A DNA stretch of 62,822 nt, counting the filler, from Stramenopiles sp. TOSAG23-2 (Eukaryota): assembly GCA_900128395.1 (NCBI GenBank). It is 7 parts of 7 records of this genome, joined end to end, with 100 filler letters (N's around TTAATTAATTAA, not from the genome) between each part and the next. Parts side by side here need not be neighbours in the genome. Positions count along the whole stretch, not along the records: positions 8,999 to 17,895 come from LT650150.1; positions 17,996 to 26,887 come from LT650151.1; 5 more parts are not named here. One strand, 5' to 3'. The notes beneath the pieces are model-generated. The model made no database searches. It saw only the letters and a list, made by a program, of their open reading frames with translations, and was not told the DNA's origin. A program made the translations under genes and the position numbers. Below, piece after piece: positions 9,560-20,140 of the stretch; position 1 is the stretch's first letter; every line of letters begins with the position of its first letter.

Positions 9560-12447
9560 ATGTCAAGATTATTATTAGAAGAAAATGTAGAAGAAAATAA
9601 AAAATGGGAAATTGATGCTAGTGCAATTGAAATTCTTGGATATATCGGACGAGGTGCATTTGCAGATGTACATAAAGGTACTTTATATGGAATGGATGTT
9701 GCAATTAAAAAACTTCATGCTCATACGAACGAAAAAGAGCGTGAACAAGCAAAATCATTATTACAGAATGAATTCAAAACGTTAAGTTTATGTCGACATC
9801 AAAATGTTGTACAAATATTAAATATTTGTTTCGAGCCACCTATGCTTATATTGGCATTTGCAGAAAAAGGAAATTTAAGAAACCTACTCGAACATGAACC
9901 AAACATGTCCAAAGAAAAACGCTGTCAACTTGCATGTGGCATATGTAATGGAATGGCAATGCTGCATAGTCGTAACATACTACATTTAGATCTAAAACCT
10001 GAAAATATTTTAATTAGCAAAGAGAATATACCATGGATATCAGATTTTGGATTGTCAAAAATTAAAACAATGTCTGCCGGGTCAACAAAAGGAGAGCGAG
10101 GGACAATACAATATAAAGCACCAGAACTTTTTAAACCACCGCATATGGGTGGACCGGTATATTTAAAAGCAGCTGATGTTTATAGTTTTGGAGTATTGAG
10201 TTGGGAATTATTTTCTGGTGAAAAAGCATTTTTAAACAAGCCGGAAACTGAGATCATGGCGATTCACATGGGAGCGTGGTTTGTCAAAGATTCTCACCCA
10301 GAACGTCCACCGATAGATGCAATAATAAGTCTAGAAGATACCGAAAAACAATTCATTATAGATTGTTGGGCTCATAAACCAGCGGATAGGCCAACATTTG
10401 AGAACTTGAGAAAATTATTGGATAAATGTATTGCTTCCTTACAAGAAAAAAACAACATTATCAACGAACCTGGTGCTTGGGATTATTTTATTTCACATGC
10501 TCAAAAAGATGGTGCTGCATTAGCTGAAGGGATTTGGTCACATATGAAATATGTAGAAAAAAAAACCTCTTGGTTAGATGTAAAAATGACTGAACGTGAC
10601 GAAGCAGCAATGAAGGAAGGTATACAAAATTGTAATGTAGTTTTGGTTATAGTAAGCGAATTGTATTTTAAGAGCGATTTTTGTATGAAAGAGTTACTCT
10701 GGGCTGCCCAATATAAAAAAGAAATAATAGTAGTAATAGATGTGAAATTGAAGAATGATATTGGGCGCTTATTAAAGAAATGTCCTGAAAATTTACGTAA
10801 TATTGGTAAAATTAATTTTATTGATTTAAATCGTGGGGATATCGATTATTGGGAAGTTGGCATGAATAAAATTATAAAAGCGCAAACACGCATATTAGAA
10901 ATACAACTGACTGAAGTAGACAAAAAAAAAGAGCACCTAGCTCAGCATAAACAAAAAGAAGATGATGAAGCTCGACGCCGTTCTGAAGTGGAGCGTAAGC
11001 GGCAGCAAGATACAAAAAAAGAGGAAATTAAACGTAAACGTGAAGAGGCGGTCAAACATAGACGACTGCAACAACAAGAAAAACCAACGGCGCAACAAGG
11101 ATGGGTAGATGTTCCATCTGGAATAGATGATAATAATATGTTTAAAAAGAATGAAAAAATACAGTCGTCAAAAAGTAAACAGACAAAATTGAAAGGGAAA
11201 GATAAAAAAGAAGATGGACTTGTACAGGTTGAACGTGATCATAATGAAATGGAAAACAAGCTTGTGGGAGGCAAGCAAGAAGTGGAAAGTGGAGTAGATA
11301 CGAAGAAAAGTGATGTATATATTAAATGGGAAAAAGAATTTGATGGGAAGACGATTGTGGATTTGAGTAATAAGAAACTCACGAATGAGGATGCATTAGC
11401 TATTGGTGAATTGTTAAAAACAAACAATACATTAACGAGATTGCACCTACGTAATAATAATATTACTGATGTACAAAGTATTGGTGAAGGATTAAAAACA
11501 AACAATACATTAACGTACTTGTACCTAGATAATAATAATATTACTGATGTACAAAGTATTGGTGAAGTATTAAAAGCAAACAATACATTGACATACTTGA
11601 ACCTAGATAATAATAATATTACTGATGTACAAAGTATTGGTGAATTGTTGAAAACAAACAATACATTAGAGACATTGTACCTGCATAATAATAATATTAC
11701 TGATGTACAAAGTATTGGTGAAGTATTAAAAACAAACAATACATTAACGATATTGTACCTAGGTAATAATAATATTACTGATGTACAAAGTATTGGTGAA
11801 GGATTAAAAACAAACAAGACATTAGAGGAATTGCACCTATATAGTAATAATATTACTGATGATGGTGGAATACAAAGTATTATTGATGCATTAAAAACAA
11901 ACAATACATTAAAGACATTGTCCCTACATAATAATCAACTTAGTTTACTGATGTACAAAGTATTGGTGAAGGATTAAAAACAAACAATACATTAACGTAT
12001 TTGAACCTAGATAATAATAATATTACTGATGTACACAGTATTGGTGAAGGATTAAAAACAAATAACACATTGACATTCTTGAACCTAAATAATAATAATA
12101 TTACTGATGTACAAAGTATTGGTGAATTTTTAAAAACAAACAATACATTAAAGATATTGTGGCTAAATAATAATATTATTACTGATGTACAAAGTATTGG
12201 TGAAGGATTAAAAACAAACAATACATTAACAACATTGCACCTATATGATAATAATATTACTGATGATGGTGGAATACAAAGTATTATTGATGTATTAAAA
12301 ACAAACAATACATTAAATGAATTGTACCTATGGAATAATCAACTTAGTGATAATATGAAATCACAATTAAATGCTATAGAACAATATAAAAAAGATGGAT
12401 CAAACGGGTATCAACAAGTGGAAGGAATGGATATAATCACATGGTAA
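9560..12447 (+). CDS. TKL protein kinase-TIR-coiled-coil-LRR protein; frame break at ~11945 (ORF track pieces 9560..11977 and 12001..12447)
   Basis: Kinase motifs GRGAFADV, VAIK, HLDLKPEN, DFG, GTIQYKAPE, DVYSFG, CW..RPTF; TIR_2-type WDYFISHAQKD...WLD...GIQNCNVVLVIVSELYFKSDFCMKEL; 12 RI-like LRRs IGExLKTNNTLxxLxLxxNNITDVQS. Confidence 0.88.
11402..12346 (+). repeat. Coding tandem array of 78-bp LRR units (12 units; two are 87-bp DDGG variants)
   Basis: Unit starts at 11402, 11480, 11558, 11636, 11714, 11792, 11879, 11962, 12040, 12118, 12196, 12283. Confidence 0.95.
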
Positions 12448-12638
12448 TTTATATATTTTTATATATTTATATACTACCAACTACAACACCCTATATATGT
12501 GTTATCATGAAAATATCTTTTTTCTTCTTCTTCGTCGGGTCTTTTGTGATTATAAAAAACAACTAAAACATGATATATAATATAATACAAGATGATGTGG
12601 CATATACATAGAAAACGTATAATAAATTAAATATTTAT

Positions 12639-12669
<31 letters not shown>

Positions 12670-12714
12670 TCGATCTACCTCAAATATACATATTATTTTT
12701 TTAAAAATAAAAAC

Positions 12715-14217
12715 ATGAGTGCAATGCTGGCGAAAAAAACCATGACGGAAGGTACGAATGAAATACCACATGCTGATTATGGTGGTGATCTTCTGGCTGG
12801 TGATGAGGTAAAAATAATTGGACTAACCTCAGAGACAGGACGTAAACTGAATGGTTGTACAGGCGTTATATGGTCACTCAACGACCGTCCAAATGATGGA
12901 ACATTCAACCCAACACTGGCATGCCGTCCTGATGGCAAATACCAAGTTCGGGTCGTGATTGACGATTCTTATCAACATAATGGACAACCTGGAACACATA
13001 TGAATCAGATTAAAACGAAAACTTACATTATGAAACGAAAGAATCTGGATCCTACAAATGTGTCTGTAGCTTCCATCAACCGTATGGAAGGTGGAAAAGC
13101 AGCTTTGAAAAAACAAAAAATGCGTGCGGGTACAACGGCAGAAATTGAGGCTGAGTTACCGGTAGATCTCAGAGGATTGTTTCCTGCAATACTGCATGGA
13201 GACCATGTTAAGCTTAGAAAGATCCTAGCGTACCTCAAGAAGACTCGCTCTTGTAATGATGTTGCAGATCACAATCTTGACGCTGCAGGAAACACTTCGA
13301 TATTTGGAGCTATTGAACATCATCATGTTGGAATTCTAAAAGTACTCATCGAGTACGGTGCAGATGTGAATCGACCCAACATGATGTCTTTTGTGCAGCG
13401 TTTAAAATTGACTCCGTTGATTATGGCACTTATGGTGATTGATATTGAGCATAAAATGGGCAATCGTGGAAAAGAATTATCAGAACGTATGGAAACTATT
13501 GTAAATTTACTTCTCGATGCAGGTGCAAATCCGTCTCATCCAAGTGGAAGAGGAACACCTTTGGTATTAGCATCTCATATCCCTGGTCAGCATGAAATGC
13601 GTCTTCGTTTGATCAAGCGACTTTTAGATGCTGGAGCAGATATAAACGAATTATATGTACCAGAAGGTGGCATGGGAAACACAACTTTATTGGCACAAGT
13701 CACTACCCTGAATACGGAGTTATATGCAACAGAGGAAGTTGTAGAAGTAGTTAAATTTCTTTTAAAAAACGGAGCAGATCCTGGCCAAATAATCAAGTCT
13801 AGTCCGTACGAGAAATGTACGGTTATCCAAATAATCGCTTCAATGAAACTGCCTGAAATATTGGAATGTATCCTTTCTTTTCCTAAAGGGCGTGCTGCTG
13901 TTGATATACGTCGTAGAGATTGCAGTCAACCAATACCTGGTCATAATAGAGGCGACAAGGAGACGTGTCTTGGGATGATGGTTATGGGCCATGATATTAC
14001 CAAGTATAAGTTAACAAGAAAATGTATTGTTATTTTGTTGAAATATGGTGCTGATCCTTCGCTTGAAGATGAAAATGGAATTTCTGCAAATAAATGGCTC
14101 AATTCTAGTCAAGCACATAAGGAACTTGGTAAATTGATTACAAAATCAAAGGATCAGGAGGATCCATTGACGTTTTGGGAGATGGATCCGGACGTCCAAA
14201 AATTTATAGAAGGATAG
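12715..14217 (+). CDS. Ankyrin-repeat protein with a small N-terminal beta (SH3-like) module
   Basis: 500 aa; GNTSIFGAI..LIEYGADVN, TPLIMAL..LLDAGANP, GTPLVLA..LLDAGADIN, LLKNGADP, LLKYGADPS; N-terminal VKIIGL.S..G.KLNG.TG.I motif. Confidence 0.8.
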   Translation: MSAMLAKKTMTEGTNEIPHADYGGDLLAGDEVKIIGLTSETGRKLNGCTGVIWSLNDRPNDGTFNPTLACRPDGKYQVRVVIDDSYQHNGQPGTHMNQIKTKTYIMKRKNLDPTNVSVASINRMEGGKAALKKQKMRAGTTAEIEAELPVDLRGLFPAILHGDHVKLRKILAYLKKTRSCNDVADHNLDAAGNTSIFGAIEHHHVGILKVLIEYGADVNRPNMMSFVQRLKLTPLIMALMVIDIEHKMGNRGKELSERMETIVNLLLDAGANPSHPSGRGTPLVLASHIPGQHEMRLRLIKRLLDAGADINELYVPEGGMGNTTLLAQVTTLNTELYATEEVVEVVKFLLKNGADPGQIIKSSPYEKCTVIQIIASMKLPEILECILSFPKGRAAVDIRRRDCSQPIPGHNRGDKETCLGMMVMGHDITKYKLTRKCIVILLKYGADPSLEDENGISANKWLNSSQAHKELGKLITKSKDQEDPLTFWEMDPDVQKFIEG

Positions 14218-14682
14218 GATCATCATCATCTTCCATGTCAATAGTCTGGGCAGTATATGTCATATAAAATATAAAATATAGATATCCAAATTCCAACTTA
14301 AATAACACTGCACACTATGGGAAAATACACTTCTTAAGAAATAAAAATAAAACTGCACACTATAGGAAAAAATTACTTTTAATCGAATCACACCACCAGA
14401 GAGACGCTGAAAATAAAAACCTTCTCTGTGAGAATCTCGTCCACACACCGCGGCCCCCCTCTCTATGCTATGTACCTGCTTTTCTGGTTTTAATAGGAAG
14501 CCTATCAAGTACAATATTCACTAGTGTATAAATTGTGATTCACCTGCCATCACCCGATCGACGCGTTCATTCAATTTTACATCACAAATTTAATCAAAAT
14601 ATATATATTTATAGACATTTAGATAGTAGAAGTAGAAAGAGGTTGAAAGACAACAGACGACAACAGACGACAACAGACGACA

Positions 14683-15648
14683 ATGAATATGATAAGAAAT
14701 ACGATCAAAATGAACAAAATGCTTCTTGCAAAACGTTGTTTGCATACAACTACAGCAACATCTGCAAAAGCAAGGATGACATTTAGGTATGGGAAAAGGG
14801 AACAAATTAATAAAGAATTAGGTTTATTATCCTCATCCAACAACAGCAACAACAACAACAATACAGAAACAAATAGTAATAGTTCAACAGAAAACATATT
14901 AGAATCTACAGCAAGTGCTGCAGTGTCATCACCAAATTCTCGTGGTAATCGTTTAAGAGAACGCACGTATACGGATGTAGCCACTTCCACAATGAGGAAA
15001 GTAATAGCAAAACGTTTAACAGAATCAAAAGCTATGATACCACATTATTATTCACGTATTGATTGCAAGTTAGATGCATTATTGGACTATAGGAAAACTT
15101 TAAAGGAAAATGGTATTAATGTATCGGTAAACGATATGGTTATTCGCGCTGCTGCATTGGCATTGAAAGATGTTCCACAAGCAAATGCACAATGGCAAGA
15201 TGGTGCTGGTGTTGTTAAAAATAATAGTGTTGATATCTCCGTTGCCGTTGCAACACCTGGTGGTTTAATAACACCAATAGTTAAAGATTGTGATTTAATT
15301 GGTATGCGAGATATTAATGCAAATGTTAGTGAACTTGCTGGAAGAGCTAGAGAAGGAAAATTGCAACCGGAAGAATATACAGGTGGTTCATTTACCATTT
15401 CAAATTTAGGTATGTTTGGTATTAAAGAATTTACTGCTGTAATTAATCCACCACAAGCATGTATATTAGCAGTTGGTGGTGGACGTAATGTACCACATCC
15501 AACTACTAGTGGCAGCTTGGAAAAGAAAACAGATATGACCGTCAATTTATCATCTGATCGAAGAGTTGTAAATGAAACAATTTCTGCACAATATTTATCT
15601 GCATTTCAACGATATATTGAAACACCAATGTTATTAGCAAATGTATAA
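14683..15648 (+). CDS. Mitochondrial 2-oxoacid dehydrogenase E2/E3-binding-protein-like core domain, with no lipoyl domain and the catalytic His lost
   Basis: MRKVIAKRLTESK..IPHYY, SVNDMVIRA, DISVAVATPGGLITPI, GGSFTISNLGMFGI..FTAVINPPQ; SSDRRVVN where active E2 has SCDHRVVDG; basic presequence-like N-terminus. Confidence 0.85.
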   Translation: MNMIRNTIKMNKMLLAKRCLHTTTATSAKARMTFRYGKREQINKELGLLSSSNNSNNNNNTETNSNSSTENILESTASAAVSSPNSRGNRLRERTYTDVATSTMRKVIAKRLTESKAMIPHYYSRIDCKLDALLDYRKTLKENGINVSVNDMVIRAAALALKDVPQANAQWQDGAGVVKNNSVDISVAVATPGGLITPIVKDCDLIGMRDINANVSELAGRAREGKLQPEEYTGGSFTISNLGMFGIKEFTAVINPPQACILAVGGGRNVPHPTTSGSLEKKTDMTVNLSSDRRVVNETISAQYLSAFQRYIETPMLLANV

Positions 15649-15958
15649 AATAATATAGTATATATAATATACATGTGGCAAATAGGCTAGTTATCTTCAA
15701 GTTGGTTTGAAATGATTTGTTATACAAGAGAGAGAGAGAGAGATGTTGCGTGTTTATAAATTTTATTTGTTAAATATATATTATATAATTTTTGATCTGC
15801 TGAAATTGTTATTTTTTATACCGGGTATGATGAAATTATTTATACTAAAATTGAAATATATACACTAAATGAATATATATACAATACACACGATACAGAA
15901 AATATAATATTATATATATATATATATATATATTACAGACACTTCATTATAGTAAATT

Positions 15959-17187
15959 ATGGCATCATTGAACACACCTCCTGCAAAACGACAACGGACG
16001 ACATTACAACCTGCAACGATTGAAGCGTTAAAAGAAAAACATGCAGAACCTATTAACATTGGTATATTAGTTTTACCAGCTGGAATTGAATCAACATGTG
16101 GTATATTGACAAATATACTTGAATATTTAGATATTAAAACATTATGTAATGTAAAACGATCTTCTTTGATACAACAATTTAGGAAAGCATATGGATCAGA
16201 CGATTTTGAACGTGTACGTGATGCAGCATTACAAATGGTATATGATAGAAGAAGTATCAATGAGATGATACAAACACATTCAGCGAGAAGACTTTATTTA
16301 TTAATTGAAAGATATAAAAGAGAGTTTCCACGTGCTGTAGAAAAGCATTTAGATGTGATGATTTTGAACGTGTACGTGATGAAGCATTGAGTATTGATTA
16401 TGAAGGTAGAAGAAGTATAAATGAGATGAGACTTTCACATCAAGCGAGAAGACTTTATTTATTAATTGAAAGATATAAAAGAGAGTTTCCACGTGCTATG
16501 ATCTTCAGGGATGCAATACCAACACCTATAATATGTGCATGTGATGAAGGCCGTATGGATGATGTAGAATTATTTATGAATCTTCATCCATTTCACAAGT
16601 ATATTACTAATCGTGATGTGAATGGCTACAGAGATGAGATGACATTGAAAGATTACGTGAATCAANNACCTATCGTATGTGCATGTGAACATGGACGTAT
16701 GGATGATGTAGAATTATTTATGAATCTTCATCCTTTTCACAAGTATATTACTAATCGTGATGTGAATGGCTACAGAGATGAGATGACATTGAAAGATATG
16801 ATGAGTCAAGTCGGTACAAATAGATATGGTGGTGATCGTTCACCTTTAATGGCAGCTGCAAAGTACGAACATTTCCAACTAGTTAAATATTTAATTGAAC
16901 AAGGTGAAGCTGATCCTAATATTGCAAATAGTGATGGAGAGAATGCATTACATTATGCAGCATGTTTTAGCAGAACGAATACGGAGTTGATTGAACTATT
17001 ATTAAATCACATGACAATTGATAGTATTAATAAGATGGCACCCGATGATGGAAACACTCCGTTAGACGATTGTTATGATGCCAATGATAGTCCAATTCGC
17101 CAAGAAATCATTGCACTTTTACGTTCAAAAGGTGGAATTGCAAATAAATATGATGAAAATGGTAATGAAATAGAGATACGAAGATGA
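15959..17187 (+). CDS. F-box-like N-terminus plus ankyrin-repeat protein, broken by internal duplications/frameshift (collapsed paralogs or pseudogene)
   Basis: NLS-like PPAKRQR; LP...ILTNILEYLDIKTLCNV F-box-like; ankyrin SPLMAAA..LIEQGEADPN, ENALHYAA, GNTPLD; two internally duplicated blocks, one separated by nn. Confidence 0.65.
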
Positions 17188-17507
17188 AGACGATTACGAA
17201 GATTACTAAAAATAAAGAGAGAGAGAGAGAGAAGTCACATCTTGCATGTTTAATATTTTGAATATATAATAATATAAAGATTTAACACCAAGCATCTCTA
17301 GATATATCTATATCTATGCACACCCACCCTCTTTCACTTGTTGTTGTGCATTTACAACCTCTCTTCATTCATATCTCTCCTCTCAATAAATCCTCTTTTT
17401 TCACCTTTCAATTAATTCATTTTTGATTCGAACTAAGAAATGTTGCAAATATTAATAGAAATAGAAATAGAAATATACACACACATATACATATATATAT
17501 ATACAAC

Positions 17508-17895
17508 ATGGCATCCACTACTACGACGAATCCAACAATACCTCCTGCAAAACGACAACGGACGACATTACAACCTGCAACGATTGAAGCGTTAAAAGAA
17601 AAACATGCAGAACCTATTAACATTGGTATATTAGTTTTACCAGCTGGAATTGAATCAACATGTGGTATATTGACAAATATACTTGAATATTTAGATATTA
17701 AAACATTATGTAATGTAAAACGATCTTCTTTGATACAACAATTTAGGAAAGCATATGGATCAGACGATTTTGAACGTGTACGTGATGCAGCATTGCAAAT
17801 GGTATATGATAGAAGAAGCATCAATGAGATGATACAAACACATTCAGCGAGAAGACTTTATTTATTAATTGAAAGATATAAAAGAGAGTTTCCAC
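17508..17895 (+). CDS. Tandem paralog of the F-box-like/ankyrin gene (3'-truncated at contig end)
   Basis: 17541-17895 matches 15977-16331 except two synonymous changes I could see; different first codons (MASTTTTNPTI vs MASLNT). Confidence 0.75.
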
Positions 17896-17995
17896 NNNNN
17901 NNNNNNNNNNNNNNNNNNNNNNNNNNNNNNNNNNNNNNNTTAATTAATTAANNNNNNNNNNNNNNNNNNNNNNNNNNNNNNNNNNNNNNNNNNNN
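17896..17995. other. Artificial contig linker
   Basis: N44-TTAATTAATTAA-N44. Confidence 0.98.
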
Positions 17996-19057
17996 TCGAG
18001 ATTTTTGCAAATTTTGTTTTAGCGATTGCTTTTAAAAAGGTAATAGCAACAGAGCAAAAATTACCACTATATCTATATTTAGCACTTTGTCCCTACGGCA
18101 TTGGCAAAAACATCATCTTCCTTCTTTTAGTGCTGTGTCCTGCTATTCTTTCATTCAATGCTAATGACCTGTTAAAGTGATACATAAACCCTACATCACA
18201 AACCAAAAATTGTTTCACCAACATTGAATTTCTACTAGAATGAAAACAAACTGTTAAGCGGGCCATTTTAATGTCATTTCTTATGGTAACAAATACAAAA
18301 AAAAAAACATAGAATTGTGATGATATGAGACCATTAAAAATATTATTTTTTAAAATTATTAAAAAATTCTTAATTAAATATTTACTCCAAACAATCGTGA
18401 CCATAATGGTAAGACATTTTTAGTGTTGATTTTTAAAAATTTAGGTAGTAAAAATATTTCAAAAATATTTCAAATTGTTACCACAAATGATGTAAAATAT
18501 TCTTAACTATTTTACATAATTTATTTCTCGTTTCCCACTGTTGAAAAGTTGTCGTAAGAAAACTTTTCCATTAATTTCATCATTTGTGACCAATTATCGT
18601 AAGAAATATTTACTCTTCAAATATGTCAAATTAACAGGTTGAAAATTTGGACTAAATTAAGGAGTTTTGGAGTTGATTAAGGAAAACAAAAATTATTTTT
18701 TCTGGCCAACAGGTAAATAGCAGGTGAAATGGAAAAAGTATTTTTGGCTATATCTTGGTATTATTGTTGTATATTACTACTCGAGAGCGAGAACAGCTTC
18801 CAATGCCCCTGTCGAGTATCAAAGCGATGGAAATTCAGCGATACATTAATGAACGCCAAGTGACGGCATCGACCCAACGCAAAATCCTCGTCACACTCAT
18901 ATGTTCGTATATTATTCCATTTTTCTATTATAAAAGCGTATTTTTATATATTTTTTACACTAAACTTAACATATACGAACTTCGTATTACAAACACACTG
19001 ATATTTTTCTGATAAAGATATACGAATAATTTTTAATTTTATGCGCATTCTCCTTCA

Positions 19058-20140
19058 TTATATGCGAATGGTATTTGTTGTTGGAAATGGACATTTTTCA
19101 AAAGGTGTACAACATCCTAAACAGTTGCACGCCATGGTGGCTGCAAAACTTGCAGTTACACCAGGCAAACTTCGTTTCAGTTTATTATTTAACTCTTCAC
19201 AATCCTCCTTCAATGATTTATGTGGGTGAACGCCCGGAAAACCAAATCCGTAATTTCTAGGACACCATCGTTCCCCCCAAGTACAATCAGGATCTTGTGC
19301 ATGTTCTGATACATATGCTTCTAATGGATTGCAAACTAAAGCTTTTGGGTAGACTTTAGCTTTTATTTTCCCTGCAATAGCAGCTTTACATTCACTACAT
19401 AAAGCTGCAGAAGCCTTTATATCAGCTGGGTTATGATTGCAAGCTTCCACTGTAATTGCTTGTTTGGGAAATAGTGCGCCGACAGTAGCCTCTTCCACAT
19501 AATTTTGCAGCTTATCGTCACTGTTGCAACAACCTGCTTTAACACATTGATGTGCTTCCAATATTCTACACAAAGCATCGGAGGTAGCTGGTTGGTTTAT
19601 CTCCTCAAAAGGCGCTGGAACGCCAGATACTTTGCAGTCAATTTCTGTTTTTAAACATAATGGTTCGCAATATAAATGATTGCATGAAGCCCGGATTGAA
19701 TTGCAGTTGTCTATTCCGGCCATATTCCACTCCTCCATGGTACATGGGTGGCATGTTTTAGGGACCAAACCAAAACAGTTACCACCGCCTTCTAAACCAA
19801 ATCTATTGAACTCAATGCCTTTAGCCTTGGAAAAACGTAACAGTTCATTAACATCTTTGTTGTTAATGTTACTATTGCTATTGTCATTAATTAGAGAGGA
19901 AGAAACTTGTGGTGAAATTCCAACATTTTCCAGTGCATCTTCCATCGCTTTTACATTAATATTTTTATGGTTCTTATTGTGGCTTCTAATGGAATTTGGT
20001 ATGTTTGCTCCATAGACTACATTACTTTGTTTATGAACCACTATTGCTATCAATATAATAAAGACTGAAAGATTAAGTGCTTTCATTTTGATAGTCTTAC
20101 TACGACACAAAAAAAGAAGCGTTATGCTGCGTAATACCAT
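19058..20140 (-). CDS. Secreted cysteine-rich protein of unknown function
   Basis: 360 aa; hydrophobic signal peptide (MKALNLSVFIILIAIVV, a plausible alternative start); many Cys in the mature part. Confidence 0.7.
   Translation of the reverse strand: MVLRSITLLFLCRSKTIKMKALNLSVFIILIAIVVHKQSNVVYGANIPNSIRSHNKNHKNINVKAMEDALENVGISPQVSSSLINDNSNSNINNKDVNELLRFSKAKGIEFNRFGLEGGGNCFGLVPKTCHPCTMEEWNMAGIDNCNSIRASCNHLYCEPLCLKTEIDCKVSGVPAPFEEINQPATSDALCRILEAHQCVKAGCCNSDDKLQNYVEEATVGALFPKQAITVEACNHNPADIKASAALCSECKAAIAGKIKAKVYPKALVCNPLEAYVSEHAQDPDCTWGERWCPRNYGFGFPGVHPHKSLKEDCEELNNKLKRSLPGVTASFAATMACNCLGCCTPFEKCPFPTTNTIRI

Noticed and set aside
11402-12346. CRISPR-like array or diversity-generating retroelement (variable codons resemble A-to-N mutated AAC/AAT)
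   Set aside because: Units are in-frame LRR codons, not repeat-spacer. Neighbouring adenines, including synonymous ones, are conserved, TGG variants break the A-only rule, and no reverse transcriptase or template repeat is in the window
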